Positions 10,014-22,271 of a stretch of 51,247 nucleotides of DNA are shown in pieces. The position numbers were made by a program, and so were the translations under genes. Source of the DNA: Candidatus Nanopelagicaceae bacterium (GTDB lineage: Bacteria; Actinomycetota; Actinomycetes; Nanopelagicales; Nanopelagicaceae); the NCBI GenBank assembly GCA_036769465.1, contig DAIPLA010000001.1:1-51247 (forward strand), read 5' to 3'. Within the stretch, counting starts at the first letter, position 1. Every line of letters starts with the position of its first letter. The notes under the pieces were generated by a model. That model was not told the origin of the DNA. It worked only from the letters and a program-made list of their open reading frames with translations, and did no database searches.

Positions 10014-13000
10014 GCGCCAGCCACTCTTGGATCGAGGCGATGTCAAAAGATTTTTCGGCGAGTACCTTCATGCCCTCAACGGCCGCCTTAAATCCTGCAA
10101 CTGTCGTAATGATGGGCACGCCTCGTGCGATAGACGCTGTGCGAATCATCCAACCATCTTGCTTAGAACCGCGCCCCAGTGGTGTATTGATCACCAGATT
10201 AACCCGACCACCGTTGATGAGGTCAATGGAGGTAAGCTCACCAGCGGGACCTTGACCCTCAGAATTCTTTCGAACCTTCTCGGTAACGATTCCATGTTGA
10301 GCAAGGAAATCATGCGTACCGGCCGTTGTAACAATCGAAAATCCGAGCGCCGCGAGAGATCGAATCGGTTCGATCGCGCCTTGTTTGTCGCGATCGGATA
10401 GCGATAGGAAGACGACTCCACTCTTTGGAAGTGCCCCGAAGGAGGCGGTCTGACTCTTTGCAAATGCCTCGCCAAATGTTGATGCAATACCCATAACCTC
10501 GCCGGTCGATTTCATCTCGGGTCCTAAGACCGCATCTACGCCAGCTCCATCAACTCGCCGGAATCGCGACCACGGAAGAACTGCCTCCTTCACGGATACA
10601 CCTTTAGGTATCGAGTCGCCGTGCGCGGTCAGAACGCCTTGCTTGCGAAGTTCCGCAATTGTGACACCCGTTGAAATCATCGCCGCCGCCTTCGCCAGCG
10701 GATAACCGGTGGCTTTGCTGACGAACGGGACGGTGCGAGACGCGCGTGGATTCGCTTCAATGACATATAGCTCTTCTGAGACCAACCCGCTGTTGACGAC
10801 CGCGAATTGAATATTGATAAGCCCGCGCACGCCAACGCTGCTGGCGATTTGATGGGTCGCGCTGCGCACTCGCTCCTGCATTCCAACGGTAAGAGATTGG
10901 CTCGGAATCACACAGGCGCTATCGCCCGAATGGATTCCCGCCTCTTCAATATGCTCCATTAGACCAGCTAGGTACAGATCCTCGCCGTCGTACAGGGCAT
11001 CGACGTCGATCTCGATCGCGGAATCTAAAAACTTGTCGATTAACACCGGATGATTTGGCGTTATTTCAGTCGCCTTCTCGATGAATCCTTCGAGCGATGA
11101 ATCGTCGTAGACAATTTCCATGCCACGGCCGCCGAGTACGAACGATGGTCGAACAAGTACCGGGTAACCAATCTTCGCCGCAATCTCGAGTGATTCAGCA
11201 TACGAATTCGCCATTCCATACTCAGGTGAACGTAGGCCGTTGTCGGACAAAATTTTTCCGAATAGGCCGCGATCTTCCGCCAGGTCAATCGCTTGCGGTG
11301 ATGTGCCGAGAATCGTTACACCGGCATCCATTAATCCGCGAGCAAGACCGAGCGGAGTCTGACCTCCGAGTTGAGCGATGACGCCGAGAATCGGACCAGC
11401 AGCGGATTCGGCCGCGATGACTTCTAGTACGTCTTCCAGAGTAAGAGGCTCGAAATATAGACGGTCACTAGTGTCGTAATCTGTCGACACCGTTTCTGGA
11501 TTGCAGTTGATCATTACGGTCTCATAACCCGCGGCACGAAGTGCGAAGGCAGCGTGAACACATGAGTAATCGAATTCAACGCCTTGACCAATTCGATTCG
11601 GACCGCTTCCGAGAATGATCACGGCCGGCTTGGTGCGAGGGAGAACTTCCGTCTCAAAATCGTAGGACGAGTAGTAATACGGCGTATATGCCTCGAACTC
11701 GGCGGCGCAGGTGTCGACGGTTTTGTAGACCGGCGCGATGGAAAATCTCGAGCGCAGAACTCCAACCTCAGCGGCGGAAATTCCGCGAAGGTCACCAATC
11801 TGGATGTCGGAGAATCCATAACGCTTCGCGGTTAACAAAATATCCACGTCGAGTTCAACGGCGGAGCGAATGCGTTGTGCTATTTCATTGATTTCGTTGA
11901 TTTGAGCCAGAAACCATGGATCAATTTTGGTCGATTGATGAACCTGTTCGATTGTCGCTCCGAGCGCAAGCGCGCGTTGCACTTGCTGTAATCGAAATTC
12001 AGTCGGGACCGCGGAAGCTGCTAGGAGTTGGTCGACGTTTTCATCGAGGTTGCTCCATGAGAAGGAGGTCCCCTTCTTCTCGACCGACCGTAGCGCCTTT
12101 TGAAGTGCTTCTGGAAAAGAACGTCCGATTGCCATCGCTTCGCCCACGCTCTTCATGGTCGTCGTTAAGCGGGGATCGGCCTCTGGAAACTTTTCGAAGG
12201 CGAATCTCGGCACTTTTACGACGATATAGTCGAGCGTTGGCTCAAATGAAGCAGGTGTTGATTTGGTGATGTCGTTCTGAATTTCATCAAGGCTATAGCC
12301 AATTGCGAGTTTCGTAGCGATTTTTGCGATGGGGAAACCAGTCGCTTTCGAGGCGAGTGCTGATGATCGCGAGACGCGCGGATTCATTTCAATGACGATA
12401 ATTCGACCATCAGTCGGATTGACCGCGAACTGAATATTGCATCCGCCAGTCGCAACCCCAACTGCCCGAATAATGGCTATCGACTGATCGCGTAGCTTCT
12501 GATATTCAACATCGGTCAAGGTCAACGCCGGCGCTACGGTGATGGAATCACCCGTGTGGACACCCATCGGATCGACGTTTTCGATGGAACAAACGATGAC
12601 CACATTATCGAGATGATCTCTCATCACCTCGAGTTCGTATTCCTTCCAGCCGATGATGCTCTCTTCGAGCAGTACCTCAGATGTAGGACTATGACGAAGA
12701 CCCGCGCCAGCAATCAGCTCCAGGTCTGCCTGGTTGTGGGCGATGCCCGAGCCGAGCCCACCCATGGTGAAACTTGGACGTACGACGACCGGGTATTTCA
12801 GTTCCTCAACCGCGGCGAGACAGTCTTCCATCGAATGGCAGATACGAGATTTCGCGGATTCGCCTCCGATACTGGCCACAATTTCCTTGAAGACTTCTCG
12901 GTCTTCGCCGCGCTTGATCGCAGGAATATCTGCGCCGATAAGTTTGACGTTGTACTTCTCTAATAGTCCGCGTTCACTGATTTGCATCGCAGCGTTCAGG

Positions 13001-13284
13001 GCGGTCTGTCCGCCCAACGTTGCGAGGATCGCATCCGGCTTCTCTTTGATAAGAATCTTCTCGATGATTTCCGGCGTTATTGGTTCGATATATGTGGCGT
13101 CCGCGAACTCCGGATCCGTCATGATTGTTGCTGGATTTGAATTGACCAGAATTACTCGAATGCCTTCGGCGCGCAGGACTCGGCAGGCTTGGGTACCCGA
13201 ATAATCGAACTCACAGGCTTGTCCAATAACGATTGGTCCACTTCCAATTACCAATACGCTCTTGATGGAATGGTCTCTAGGCAT
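10006..13284 (-). CDS. carB: Carbamoyl-phosphate synthase large subunit
   Basis: [17 protein letters not shown], two ATP-grasp halves, MGS domain, 1092 aa. Confidence 0.99.
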   Translation of the reverse strand: MPRDHSIKSVLVIGSGPIVIGQACEFDYSGTQACRVLRAEGIRVILVNSNPATIMTDPEFADATYIEPITPEIIEKILIKEKPDAILATLGGQTALNAAMQISERGLLEKYNVKLIGADIPAIKRGEDREVFKEIVASIGGESAKSRICHSMEDCLAAVEELKYPVVVRPSFTMGGLGSGIAHNQADLELIAGAGLRHSPTSEVLLEESIIGWKEYELEVMRDHLDNVVIVCSIENVDPMGVHTGDSITVAPALTLTDVEYQKLRDQSIAIIRAVGVATGGCNIQFAVNPTDGRIIVIEMNPRVSRSSALASKATGFPIAKIATKLAIGYSLDEIQNDITKSTPASFEPTLDYIVVKVPRFAFEKFPEADPRLTTTMKSVGEAMAIGRSFPEALQKALRSVEKKGTSFSWSNLDENVDQLLAASAVPTEFRLQQVQRALALGATIEQVHQSTKIDPWFLAQINEINEIAQRIRSAVELDVDILLTAKRYGFSDIQIGDLRGISAAEVGVLRSRFSIAPVYKTVDTCAAEFEAYTPYYYSSYDFETEVLPRTKPAVIILGSGPNRIGQGVEFDYSCVHAAFALRAAGYETVMINCNPETVSTDYDTSDRLYFEPLTLEDVLEVIAAESAAGPILGVIAQLGGQTPLGLARGLMDAGVTILGTSPQAIDLAEDRGLFGKILSDNGLRSPEYGMANSYAESLEIAAKIGYPVLVRPSFVLGGRGMEIVYDDSSLEGFIEKATEITPNHPVLIDKFLDSAIEIDVDALYDGEDLYLAGLMEHIEEAGIHSGDSACVIPSQSLTVGMQERVRSATHQIASSVGVRGLINIQFAVVNSGLVSEELYVIEANPRASRTVPFVSKATGYPLAKAAAMISTGVTIAELRKQGVLTAHGDSIPKGVSVKEAVLPWSRFRRVDGAGVDAVLGPEMKSTGEVMGIASTFGEAFAKSQTASFGALPKSGVVFLSLSDRDKQGAIEPIRSLAALGFSIVTTAGTHDFLAQHGIVTEKVRKNSEGQGPAGELTSIDLINGGRVNLVINTPLGRGSKQDGWMIRTASIARGVPIITTVAGFKAAVEGMKVLAEKSFDIASIQEWLAHA

Positions 13285-14440
13285 TTCGCACCCCAGATAT
13301 TCTTGGCGAGTAGTTTGCCATCAACGTTACAAATTGATCGAAGAGGTACTCGGCATCATGCGGACCAGCCGCCGCTTCTGGGTGATACTGGACTGAAAAT
13401 GCCGGGGTTTCGAGAAGCTCGAGACCCTCAACTACGCCATCGTTCAAGCCGACATGACTAACAAAACCCGCGCCGTAAACGGTCGAAAAGTTCTTGTCGA
13501 TGGGAGCCGCAACCGCGAATCCATGGTTATGAGCTGTGATTTCGACCCTTCCGGTGCGAACATTTTTCACCGGTTGATTAATTCCACGGTGCCCAAATGG
13601 CAACTTGTAGGTATCGAACCCGAGTGCGCGTCCAATGACTTGATGGCCAAAGCATATTCCGAAGAGTGGAACTTTCTTATCGAGAAAATGACGAACGTTA
13701 GAGATAACGTCCGTCATGCTGGCCGGATCCCCAGGGCCATTCGATAGAAAGATGCCATCGGGATTTATGGCTTCGATTTCTTCGATGGTCGCGTGAAGCG
13801 GCATGACGTGAACTTCAATACCTCTGGCCGCCATATTGCGAGGGGTGGCGGATTTAATGCCCAAATCAATGGCGGCGACTTTGAATCGAGTTTCTACCCC
13901 CGCCGGCGGGGCGACGATGTATGTCCGTTGCGTAGAAACATCACCAGCGAGAAATGCGCCCGACATTTGAGGAGATCGGCGGACCATCGTGACCATCTCG
14001 TCCCGGGTTCTCTCTTCCCCCGAAAAGATTCCAACTCTCATTGCGCCGCGATTGCGAAGGTGGCGCGTTATGGCCCGAGTATCCAAGCCAGAAATGCCCA
14101 CCACTCCCGCATCGATTAAGGCATCCTCTAATGAAACTTCCGACCGCCAATTACTGACACGGGGTGATGGATTGCGAACAACAAATCCAGAGACCCAAAT
14201 CTTGGTTGACTCTGCGTCGTAATGGTTCATCCCGGTGTTGCCGATATGAGGTGCTGTCATCACTACAACCTGCTGGTGATACGAAGGGTCCGTGAGGGTT
14301 TCTTGATATCCAGTCATGCCGGTTGCAAAGACCGCCTCGCCGAAGGTTTCTCCGCGGGCAGCCCAACTCACTCCTTCGAAAATGGCGCCGTCGTCGAGCA
14401 CGAAGTAGGCCTTCTTCACTCCAGCTATCTGCGAGTTCAT
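13277..14440 (-). CDS. carA: Carbamoyl-phosphate synthase small subunit
   Basis: [32 protein letters not shown]. Confidence 0.99.
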   Translation of the reverse strand: MNSQIAGVKKAYFVLDDGAIFEGVSWAARGETFGEAVFATGMTGYQETLTDPSYHQQVVVMTAPHIGNTGMNHYDAESTKIWVSGFVVRNPSPRVSNWRSEVSLEDALIDAGVVGISGLDTRAITRHLRNRGAMRVGIFSGEERTRDEMVTMVRRSPQMSGAFLAGDVSTQRTYIVAPPAGVETRFKVAAIDLGIKSATPRNMAARGIEVHVMPLHATIEEIEAINPDGIFLSNGPGDPASMTDVISNVRHFLDKKVPLFGICFGHQVIGRALGFDTYKLPFGHRGINQPVKNVRTGRVEITAHNHGFAVAAPIDKNFSTVYGAGFVSHVGLNDGVVEGLELLETPAFSVQYHPEAAAGPHDAEYLFDQFVTLMANYSPRISGVRNA

Positions 14441-15738
14441 AGCGCTACTCCCGATTCCATGACCACTACCCCACCATAAATGGTGTGGGTGATGCGGGTC
14501 GGCAACGTCATACCGTCGTATGGCGTGTTCTTACTCATCGAGGCCATCGACTCCCGATTCACCGTTCTGCTTGACATAGGGTCAACCAAAACCAGGTTTG
14601 CCGACGAGCCGACGGTGATGGACTGACCGTGCTCTGCATATCCTGCAATTCTTGCCGGGGCGATGGCCATCCGGTCGGCGATTAACTTCCAGTCGATTCG
14701 TGAACCCGATTCCGTGAGGGCCTGTACGACAACACCCAGGGCCGTTTCAAGACCGAGCATTCCAAACGCGGCACTCTGCCATTCGCAATCCTTGTCCTCT
14801 CCAGGATGAGGCGCATGATCGGTTGCCACTATGTCGATGGTTCCGTCAATCAGCCCCGCGCGAAGCGCTAGGACATCGGCGTGAGAGCGCAAAGGTGGAT
14901 TTACTTTGTATACCGCGTCATATCCCCTCGCCATTTCATCCGTCAACAGAAGATGATGTGGTGTAACTTCCGCGGTCACGCGAACGCCGCGCGATTTTGC
15001 CCAGCGAACTAATTCAACTCCGCCCGCCGTGGTGAGATGGCATATGTGCAATCTGCTTCCCACGTGTTCCGCCAAGAGAATGTCGCGCGCGATAATTGAC
15101 TCTTCTGCAATCGCTGGCCATCCCGTCAGGCCCAACTCAGCAGAAACCGATCCTTCGTTCATCTGTGCGCCTTGAGTCAATCGGGGCTCTTGTGCATGTT
15201 GCGCGATGACACCGTCAAAGGTTTTCACATACTCCAGCGCGCGACGCATCACGAGCGGATCGAAGACGCACTTTCCATCATCGCTGAAGATGCGAACTCT
15301 GGCTTCCGATTCGGCCATCGCTGACATTTCGGAGAGTTGTTCGCCCATTAGATCTTTTGTCACAGCGCCAATCGGAAAGAGATCTACGCGACCGGTTTGC
15401 TGTCCAAGTCGGTAGACCTGCTCCACCACACCTGCGGTATCTGCCACAGGATGTGTATTCGCCATGGGAGAGATTGCCGAGTATCCGCCGATGACCGCGG
15501 CCCGCGATGCGGTTTCGATGGTTTCTGCATCTTCTCTGCCGGGTTCGCGCACATGGGTGTGAAGATCGACGAAGGCAGGCAAAAGGACCAAACCATCTGC
15601 CTCAATCACCGTTTCGTTGCCGTTAGGTTGAAAGTTTCCCATCTCGGATATTCGACCATCGGTGATGCGGAGATCTTGTCGACCTTCACCAACGATGGCG
15701 GCTCCCTTTATGAGGAGGTGTGGGCGGGCTTGCGTCAT
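14437..15738 (-). CDS. pyrC: Dihydroorotase
   Basis: [24 protein letters not shown]. Confidence 0.97.
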   Translation of the reverse strand: MTQARPHLLIKGAAIVGEGRQDLRITDGRISEMGNFQPNGNETVIEADGLVLLPAFVDLHTHVREPGREDAETIETASRAAVIGGYSAISPMANTHPVADTAGVVEQVYRLGQQTGRVDLFPIGAVTKDLMGEQLSEMSAMAESEARVRIFSDDGKCVFDPLVMRRALEYVKTFDGVIAQHAQEPRLTQGAQMNEGSVSAELGLTGWPAIAEESIIARDILLAEHVGSRLHICHLTTAGGVELVRWAKSRGVRVTAEVTPHHLLLTDEMARGYDAVYKVNPPLRSHADVLALRAGLIDGTIDIVATDHAPHPGEDKDCEWQSAAFGMLGLETALGVVVQALTESGSRIDWKLIADRMAIAPARIAGYAEHGQSITVGSSANLVLVDPMSSRTVNRESMASMSKNTPYDGMTLPTRITHTIYGGVVVMESGVAL

Positions 15739-16706
15739 GACTTTTCTCCGATTCCGGAATGAGAAATTTGATGTGTTTCGTGTGCGCCACCGAGCAGGTG
15801 GTAGAGAACAGCCATCCGTACGAATACGCCATTTCTCACCTGCTGAAGTACCAACGACCTAGGTGAATCCGCCGCGCTACTAGAAATCTCCACGCCTCGA
15901 TTCATCGGCCCTGGATGCAGGATTGCTGCGCCGGCTTTCATTCGAGCCAATCGCGCGTCATCCAAGCCATAGCCCCGGGAATATTCGGCCAACGATGGGA
16001 AATAGGAGTCGGCCATTCGTTCGTGCTGAATTCTTAAAGTCATCACTACATCGCATATTTCAATTACTTCATCCAGGTCGAACTCAACCCGAACCCCCCA
16101 ACCGTCAACCGCCACGGGAAGTAGCGTCGGAGGCGCAACTAAAATTATTGATGCGCCCAATTTTTTCAGCAAAAGCACGTTGCTTCTCGCCACGCGCGAA
16201 TGCAGGATATCCCCGACGATGGCGATAGTAAGGCCAGACAAATCGAACGAGTCTCGATCGAATTCTTGCGCAATCGTGAAGGCGTCCAACAAAGCTTGAG
16301 TGGGATGTTCGTGGGTCCCGTCTCCTGCGTTGATTACGCTCGCTGAAATCCAACCTGAATCTGCTAGTTTTTGGGCCGCGCCGCTCGCGCTGTGACGAAT
16401 GATCACACCATCTGCGCCCATCGCTTGCAGGGTTTGAGCGGTGTCTTTCAGGCTCTCGCCCTTACTCACCGACGATCCCTTGGCAGAGAAATTAATGACG
16501 TCGGCGGAGAGCCGTTTCGCCGCTGATTCAAAGGAGATTCTTGTTCGGGTGGAGTCCTCGAAGAAAAGGTTCACTACGGTTCGACCGCGAAGGGTCGGCA
16601 GTTTTTTCATCTGACCTTCGGACACTCGTTCTAATTCCGCGGCGGTAGTTAAAAATTCCCGGGCAGACTCAGGAGTCAGATCGTTAATGCTGAGAAGGTG
16701 TCTCAT
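15735..16706 (-). CDS. pyrB: Aspartate carbamoyltransferase catalytic subunit
   Basis: [22 protein letters not shown]. Confidence 0.98.
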   Translation of the reverse strand: MRHLLSINDLTPESAREFLTTAAELERVSEGQMKKLPTLRGRTVVNLFFEDSTRTRISFESAAKRLSADVINFSAKGSSVSKGESLKDTAQTLQAMGADGVIIRHSASGAAQKLADSGWISASVINAGDGTHEHPTQALLDAFTIAQEFDRDSFDLSGLTIAIVGDILHSRVARSNVLLLKKLGASIILVAPPTLLPVAVDGWGVRVEFDLDEVIEICDVVMTLRIQHERMADSYFPSLAEYSRGYGLDDARLARMKAGAAILHPGPMNRGVEISSSAADSPRSLVLQQVRNGVFVRMAVLYHLLGGAHETHQISHSGIGEKS

Positions 16707-17230
16707 TTCTGGCCCTCGATGATGACTTCATCCGCATCATCTATTTCGGATAACTTAACCCGGATTGATTCGTGAGCAGCGGTCGGAATATTTTTACCGA
16801 CGTAATCCGCTCTTATGGGAAGTTCCCTATGCCCTCTGTCGATCAATACCGCCAATTGAACGGTTCGCGGCCGCCCAATCTCTCCCAATGCATCCAGCGC
16901 AGCTCTAATGGTGCGGCCGGAGAACAGAACGTCATCAACGAGCACTACATCGCGCCCCTCAATGCCACCAGACGGAATTGAGGTTGGAAGGAGCGGCCGA
17001 GGAGGCCTCAGGCGTAGATCGTCACGGTGCAGGGTGATATCTAACGCCCCATGCGGGACATCTCCTTCAATTTCGGCCAAAAGGGAGGCCAGCCGGGCCG
17101 AGAGATACGCGCCACGGGTGGGTATCCCGAGAAGTGTCAGATTGCCTATGCCGTGATTGCGTTCAACAATTTCATGGGAAATGCGTTTAAGTGCGCGGCC
17201 AATATCGCCGGCGTCGAGAATCGAAGCCAT
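16703..17230 (-). CDS. pyrR: Bifunctional pyr operon regulator / uracil phosphoribosyltransferase
   Basis: [44 protein letters not shown]. Confidence 0.98.
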   Translation of the reverse strand: MASILDAGDIGRALKRISHEIVERNHGIGNLTLLGIPTRGAYLSARLASLLAEIEGDVPHGALDITLHRDDLRLRPPRPLLPTSIPSGGIEGRDVVLVDDVLFSGRTIRAALDALGEIGRPRTVQLAVLIDRGHRELPIRADYVGKNIPTAAHESIRVKLSEIDDADEVIIEGQK

Positions 17231-17234
17231 AAAT

Positions 17235-17272
17235 CTCCTTCGCCGCCTCTCTGGACGGATCGTTAAAGGACT
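17235..17272 (-). promoter_or_regulatory. PyrR-binding RNA stem-loop overlapping the pyrR Shine-Dalgarno
   Basis: Minus strand AGUCCUUUAACGAUCCGUCCAGAGAGGCGGCGAAGGAG: PyrR loop core UCCAGAGAGG plus CCUUUAA arm able to pair with AAGG of the SD. Confidence 0.85.
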
Positions 17273-17332
17273 TGCTAGCCCGAGAAAGATACCACCTGTG
17301 GATAGAAAAAAGCACCCCGAGTTCTGTGTCGC

Positions 17333-17338
17333 TACCTT
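17333..17338 (+). promoter_or_regulatory. Putative -10 (TACCTT) 6 nt before bldD ATG; leaderless
   Basis: TANNNT-N6-start. Confidence 0.55.
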
Positions 17339-17344
17339 GGCGGG

Positions 17345-17851
17345 ATGACCAACAAAACCGAAAGAGACCCAGAAATGAGCTCCGTAGCGACCTCACTGCG
17401 CCAGATTCGTAAGCAGAAAGGGCTGACTCTAAAAGCGGTAGAGAAACTATCGGGTGGGAAATGGAAAGCGGTAGTTGTTGGGTCGTATGAACGCCAGGAC
17501 CGCGCTCTCTCTTTGAATCGAGCGATTGAATTAGCGAAGTTTTATCAGGTTCCACTCGAACAGTTACTTGGCTTTGCCGACCCGAGTGCCTACAACCAAT
17601 TCGGCGCGGAACCGAGAATGGCTCTGATTATCGACCTTCGACGGACATTGAACGCGATCCCGACTGAGCCGGCCGAGAAGTCGCTACAAAAATTCTTATC
17701 CGCACTCTGTAGCAAGCGGCGAGATTGGAACGGCGAAGTCCTTTCACTGCGCGCGACGGACCAGGAGACCCTGGCACTCATTCTCGATCGCTCGGAAAGA
17801 GAGTTGCTCGAATGGCTTGCCGCGAGGCGCTTTCTCTTCTCCCCTAGGTAG
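17345..17851 (+). CDS. bldD: BldD-family XRE transcriptional regulator with c-di-GMP-binding C-terminal domain
   Basis: [35 protein letters not shown]8-RATD; pyrR-bldD-nusB synteny as in Streptomyces. Confidence 0.9.
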   Translation: MTNKTERDPEMSSVATSLRQIRKQKGLTLKAVEKLSGGKWKAVVVGSYERQDRALSLNRAIELAKFYQVPLEQLLGFADPSAYNQFGAEPRMALIIDLRRTLNAIPTEPAEKSLQKFLSALCSKRRDWNGEVLSLRATDQETLALILDRSERELLEWLAARRFLFSPR

Positions 17852-17881
17852 TCAGAAGATATTCGGCTGTTCGCTCAGCGA

Positions 17882-18295
17882 TTATTCGGTCGCGCCTAGA
17901 ACAGGCTTGAGAACGGCAACTCGTCCGAGGACACCGTTCACATACTTTGCGGAGTCCGCGGTCGACAGATCATTAGCCATCTCCACCGCTTGCGAAATGG
18001 CGACGTTGTCGTCCACCTCGTCATTCCAAAGGATTTCAAAGATTGCAATCCGCAAAATATTGCGGTCCAGACCAGGCATTCGGTCCATGTCCCAGCCTTC
18101 AGAATAGGTGTGAATAATCTCGTCGATTCGTTCGCGATGAGAGTCCACTCCTATGACTAATTCACGAGAATATGCTCCTTGTGACAAGTCATCCGTTGGT
18201 CGCTCTGAGAGAAGTTCCAAGGCCAACTTCTTGCGGAGGTCGGCCTCAAAGAGAACTTCAAGCGCCCGCTTACGAGCCTTCGCGCGCGCACTCAT
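17882..18295 (-). CDS. nusB: Transcription antitermination factor NusB
   Basis: ARAKARKRALEVLFE, DRNILR, YVNGVLG. Confidence 0.97.
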   Translation of the reverse strand: MSARAKARKRALEVLFEADLRKKLALELLSERPTDDLSQGAYSRELVIGVDSHRERIDEIIHTYSEGWDMDRMPGLDRNILRIAIFEILWNDEVDDNVAISQAVEMANDLSTADSAKYVNGVLGRVAVLKPVLGATE

Positions 18296-18313
18296 CGTCA
18301 GAGAGAGTGAGTA

Positions 18314-18874
18314 CTAGTTAGCGCGGCCGAGATAATCGCCAGTGCGAGTATCTACCAGAATCTTCTCATCCTGTTTGATGAAAAGCGGAACCTGAATCTG
18401 AATACCAGTCTCAAGCGTTGCTGGCTTGGTACCTCCAGAAGAACGGTCTCCTTGGAGGCCAGGCTCGGTGTAGGTAATAGTCAGCTCGACTGAAGCAGGT
18501 AGCTCCACAAGTAGCGGATTGCCTTCGTGAACAGCAACGTTGGCCTTTGAATTCTCCAGCATGTAATTAGCGGCGTCTCCGACGATTGCTTCAGAAATGC
18601 TCATCTGATCAAAGGTCTTTTCATCCATGAAAATGAAGTCGTCGCCGTCGCGATAGAGAAATTGCATATCGCGCTTTTCAAGCATGGCTACGTCCACTTT
18701 TACACCAGCGTTGAACGTTCGATCGATGACTTTTCCGGTCGTAACAGACTTGAGCTTTGTGCGAACAAAAGCTGGACCTTTTCCGGGCTTTACGTGTTGA
18801 AATTCCACTACGTTCCAGAGTTGACCCTCGATATCCAGAGTCATTCCGTTCTTCAAATCATTTGTCGTTGCCAT
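18314..18874 (-). CDS. efp: Elongation factor P
   Basis: [31 protein letters not shown]; tandem ATGs at 18877/18874. Confidence 0.98.
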   Translation of the reverse strand: MATTNDLKNGMTLDIEGQLWNVVEFQHVKPGKGPAFVRTKLKSVTTGKVIDRTFNAGVKVDVAMLEKRDMQFLYRDGDDFIFMDEKTFDQMSISEAIVGDAANYMLENSKANVAVHEGNPLLVELPASVELTITYTEPGLQGDRSSGGTKPATLETGIQIQVPLFIKQDEKILVDTRTGDYLGRAN

Positions 18875-18952
18875 CATGGTCCATTCGATCGAAATAGGTC
18901 AGATTCTGGGCTCCCCCAGAAATACTGCGCAAGAATAGCGGAAAATGGTTAC

Positions 18953-19390
18953 TTATTTGCGCACGAGAGATTTCAGGGCTTGCAGCGCCAATCGATAGGA
19001 CTCCGGCCCGAAGCCTGAAATTGTTCCGTGCGCGACGCCACTGATGACAGAGGTGTGCCTGAATTCTTCACGCGAAAGCGGGTTGGAGAGGTGAACTTCT
19101 ATAAGTGGCGCCTTCAACATATCGGCGGCATCTCGAATCGCATATGAATAATGAGTAAAGGCCGCTGGATTAATAATAACCGGCGTGGATGAATCAGCCG
19201 CTTCGTGTAACCAACCGACGATTTCCGATTCCGAGTCGCTCTGTCTGACGTCGGCCTCAAAACCGATTTCATCAGCGGCGCTCTTCACAAACTCGACGAG
19301 TTGAGAAAAGTTAAGGTTGCCGTAGATAGATGAATCACGAATGTCGAGTCGACCAAGATTAGGACCATTAAGGATTAATACTTTACTCAC
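18953..19390 (-). CDS. aroQ: Type II 3-dehydroquinate dehydratase
   Basis: LNGPNL, INPAAFTHYS, EVHLSN..REEFRH.S. Confidence 0.96.
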   Translation of the reverse strand: MSKVLILNGPNLGRLDIRDSSIYGNLNFSQLVEFVKSAADEIGFEADVRQSDSESEIVGWLHEAADSSTPVIINPAAFTHYSYAIRDAADMLKAPLIEVHLSNPLSREEFRHTSVISGVAHGTISGFGPESYRLALQALKSLVRK

Positions 19391-20448
19391 TTGGTAATGC
19401 TCTCATACGCGGTTCGGAGCTCGTCGGAGGTTGGAGTCTCAATCCAGCCTGGGCTCCCCACGGCTGAAATCCCAATAAATCGAATCTGGCCGGATCTCGC
19501 CTTCTTGTCACCAGTCATAACCTTAAGCACCTCTTCGAATGAGAAATCAGAGGTGAGTGGAAGATTAAATTTGCGTAAGAGGACAGAGTGCATGTCGACG
19601 CTGGCATCCGAAAGACCCAGTTTCATCTGGCTCAAACGGGCGGCGTAGACCAGGCCTACGGCGACCGCCTCTCCGTGCCGCATCTCGTATCCGCTCAATT
19701 TCTCAATGGCGTGACCGGCGGTATGCCCGTAATTAAGAACCTCTCTCGCCTTGGATTCTTTAAAATCAACTCCTACAACTCGCGCCTTTACCGAGAGCGA
19801 CCGGTAAACGAGCTCCTCGGCCACCTGTCGTGCCTCACTGACATCGGCACATTCACTCAGTATGTCCAGAATTGCGCCGTCCGCGATGAAGCCGCACTTG
19901 ATGACCTCCGCTAACCCAGCTGAGAAATCCCGGTCTGAGAGCGAGTCGAGGAAGGTGAGATCAATCGCAACAAGCGACGGCGAATGGAACGAACCAACCA
20001 GATTCTTTCCAGCAGAGGTATTGATTCCGGTTTTGCCACCAACCGAAGCGTCCACCATCGCGGCCAGCGACGTGGGAAAGGCGTACCAATCAATTCCGCG
20101 AAGCCAGGTAGCCGCTACGAAGCCCGCGAGGTCTGTCGTAGCGCCCCCGCCAATACCGACGATTGCGTCGCTTCGCTGAAGATTGAGCTCGCCACAGAGA
20201 TTCCATAACGATTCCACAACCGAGACCGACTTCTGCGACTCACCGTCAGGGACCCAAAATACGTATGGTTGGGTATCTCCTGATTGCTCTGTGAAAACAT
20301 CCAAGCCAGACAAAATTGACTTCATAGATACCGGAGCAAGAATAAGAAGTCGATTATGTCGTGCTGACACATCGCGAAGTTGGTCGGCCCACTTCACTGA
20401 TATCTCTATCGGGTAGTCCCGCTCGGCGGTAACGTGTATCGTCCTCAT
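19387..20448 (-). CDS. aroB: 3-dehydroquinate synthase
   Basis: GGGATTDLAGF, DASVGGKTGIN, LNYGHT.GHAIE, HGEAV. Confidence 0.97.
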   Translation of the reverse strand: MRTIHVTAERDYPIEISVKWADQLRDVSARHNRLLILAPVSMKSILSGLDVFTEQSGDTQPYVFWVPDGESQKSVSVVESLWNLCGELNLQRSDAIVGIGGGATTDLAGFVAATWLRGIDWYAFPTSLAAMVDASVGGKTGINTSAGKNLVGSFHSPSLVAIDLTFLDSLSDRDFSAGLAEVIKCGFIADGAILDILSECADVSEARQVAEELVYRSLSVKARVVGVDFKESKAREVLNYGHTAGHAIEKLSGYEMRHGEAVAVGLVYAARLSQMKLGLSDASVDMHSVLLRKFNLPLTSDFSFEEVLKVMTGDKKARSGQIRFIGISAVGSPGWIETPTSDELRTAYESITK

Positions 20449-20969
20449 GAAACACGTCCTTGCGTAAGGCCAAAAGTGGCAATGATGTTGTCTGCTATTT
20501 CTGGTGCCTTTGCACTGTCCGTAGAAAACTTTTTAGTCGCTAAAGATTCATAGGTGGGACGGCGAACTTCCATCAACGCCTGCCACTGGGCGCGAGGATT
20601 TACTAAAAGAAGCGGCCGATCCTTGTTGAAACCCACGCGAGGAGCCGCCTGAGCCAAGGAAACCTCGAGATAAACAACCCGCAATTGGTTGCCGCGAAGT
20701 ACGCCCGCTACGGATTCCGTCATCACCGAGCCACCACCCAACGCCAAAACGCCGTCGAAGGAGGTCAGGTTCTCGAGAACCACTCGCTCTTCGAGCTCTC
20801 GAAATCTCTTTTCGCCGTCCTCAACAAATATTGCTGATACGGACTTTCCCGCAACCGTCTCTACTTCTGTATCGGTATCCCGGAACGCACAATGCAGCTT
20901 TCGAGCTAGCGCCTTACCAACCGTTGATTTTCCTGACCCCGGAGGACCAATCAATACAACACAGGGCAT
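20445..20969 (-). CDS. aroK: Shikimate kinase
   Basis: GPPGSGKSTVG, GE..FR.LE, LGGG, RPLL. Confidence 0.96.
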   Translation of the reverse strand: MPCVVLIGPPGSGKSTVGKALARKLHCAFRDTDTEVETVAGKSVSAIFVEDGEKRFRELEERVVLENLTSFDGVLALGGGSVMTESVAGVLRGNQLRVVYLEVSLAQAAPRVGFNKDRPLLLVNPRAQWQALMEVRRPTYESLATKKFSTDSAKAPEIADNIIATFGLTQGRVS

Positions 20970-20981
20970 GGAAAACTTCGC

Positions 20982-22166
20982 TTACTTAATTCTCATTGAA
21001 GAAATGTAGCTTTCGAAGTTTCGATTTACTTCGCCAACGCTATCGCCGCCGAATTTCTCTATGACGGCATCTGCCAACACCAAGGCCACCATCGCTTCAG
21101 CGACTATTCCCGCGGCAGGAACGGCACACACATCGGAACGCTGGTTAATTGCCTTCGCCGGCTCACCGGTAGAAACATCGATAGTGTCGAGCGCCTTGGG
21201 TACGGTTGAGATCGGCTTCATAGCCGCGCGAACTCGCAGGAGTTCTCCGTTACTCATTCCACCTTCGGTGCCACCGGCTCGATCGGTGCGGCGAACAATC
21301 TCCCCCGCCGCATTCTTTTCAATCTCGTCATGTGCAACCGATCCGCGTCGGCGGGCTGTTGCAAAGCCATCTCCCACTTCAACGCCCTTGATCGCTTGAA
21401 TTCCCATAAGTGCACCAGCAAGTTTTGAATCTAGGCGGCGATCCCAATGCGTGTGCGACCCAAGGCCTGCCGGAACGTTATACGCAACGACTTCTACAAC
21501 TCCACCCAGAGTGTCGCCTGATGAATGCGCGTCTTCAATTTCCGCGACCATTGCAGCACTCGTTACAGGGTCTGCGCAGCGGACTGGATCCTCGTCGATA
21601 CGACTCATCTCAGCAAATAATGGAACAGCGGTGTCATCTGGTACTGCGACGGCTCCAATTGAAAGAACATGGCTCAGTATTTCGATTCCCACGCTTTGCT
21701 TAAGGAAGGCACGGGCAACCGCTCCCAGCGCAACGCGTGCGGCGGTCTCTCGAGCGCTTGCGCGTTCGAGTATTGGACGAGCATCGTCAAAGTCGTATTT
21801 CTGCATGCCCACCAGATCAGCGTGACCCGGACGTGGTCGAGTGAGTGGTGCGTTTCGAGCAAGAGCGGCTAGTTCATCCGAATCCACTTCATCCGCCGAC
21901 ATCACCTTGGACCATTTGGGCCATTCTGAATTGGCGATGTTGAGCGCAATCGGTCCGCCCTGTGATTTTCCATGCCGAACTCCACCAAGAATGGTGACCG
22001 CATCGGCCTCAAAATTTTGACGTGCCCCGCGTCCGAAACCTAAGCGACGACGACGGAGGTCGGCATCGATCATTGAGGTGGAAATCTCTATATGCGCCGG
22101 CATGCCTTCAAGGATTGCGGTTAATGCAGGACCGTGTGATTCCCCCGCGGTTAACCAGCGAATCAT
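20982..22166 (-). CDS. aroC: Chorismate synthase
   Basis: [32 protein letters not shown]. Confidence 0.98.
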   Translation of the reverse strand: MIRWLTAGESHGPALTAILEGMPAHIEISTSMIDADLRRRRLGFGRGARQNFEADAVTILGGVRHGKSQGGPIALNIANSEWPKWSKVMSADEVDSDELAALARNAPLTRPRPGHADLVGMQKYDFDDARPILERASARETAARVALGAVARAFLKQSVGIEILSHVLSIGAVAVPDDTAVPLFAEMSRIDEDPVRCADPVTSAAMVAEIEDAHSSGDTLGGVVEVVAYNVPAGLGSHTHWDRRLDSKLAGALMGIQAIKGVEVGDGFATARRRGSVAHDEIEKNAAGEIVRRTDRAGGTEGGMSNGELLRVRAAMKPISTVPKALDTIDVSTGEPAKAINQRSDVCAVPAAGIVAEAMVALVLADAVIEKFGGDSVGEVNRNFESYISSMRIK

Positions 22167-22271
22167 TTCTCACCACTCCCTAATACATACCTCGCGGACG
22201 CTCCACCTAGTTATATTGAAGAACTATCAGGAAGGTATTCTGTCAGAACTCGAGGTATCTGCGTCGTAAAT

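Noticed and set aside
17231..17344. BldD autoregulatory box in the bldD promoter
   Set aside because: No match to TNAC-N5-GTNA found by eye.
17187..17555. 122-aa minus-strand ORF across the pyrR leader, possible leader peptide
   Set aside because: Antisense to bldD and out of frame with pyrR; the leader is explained by the PyrR site.
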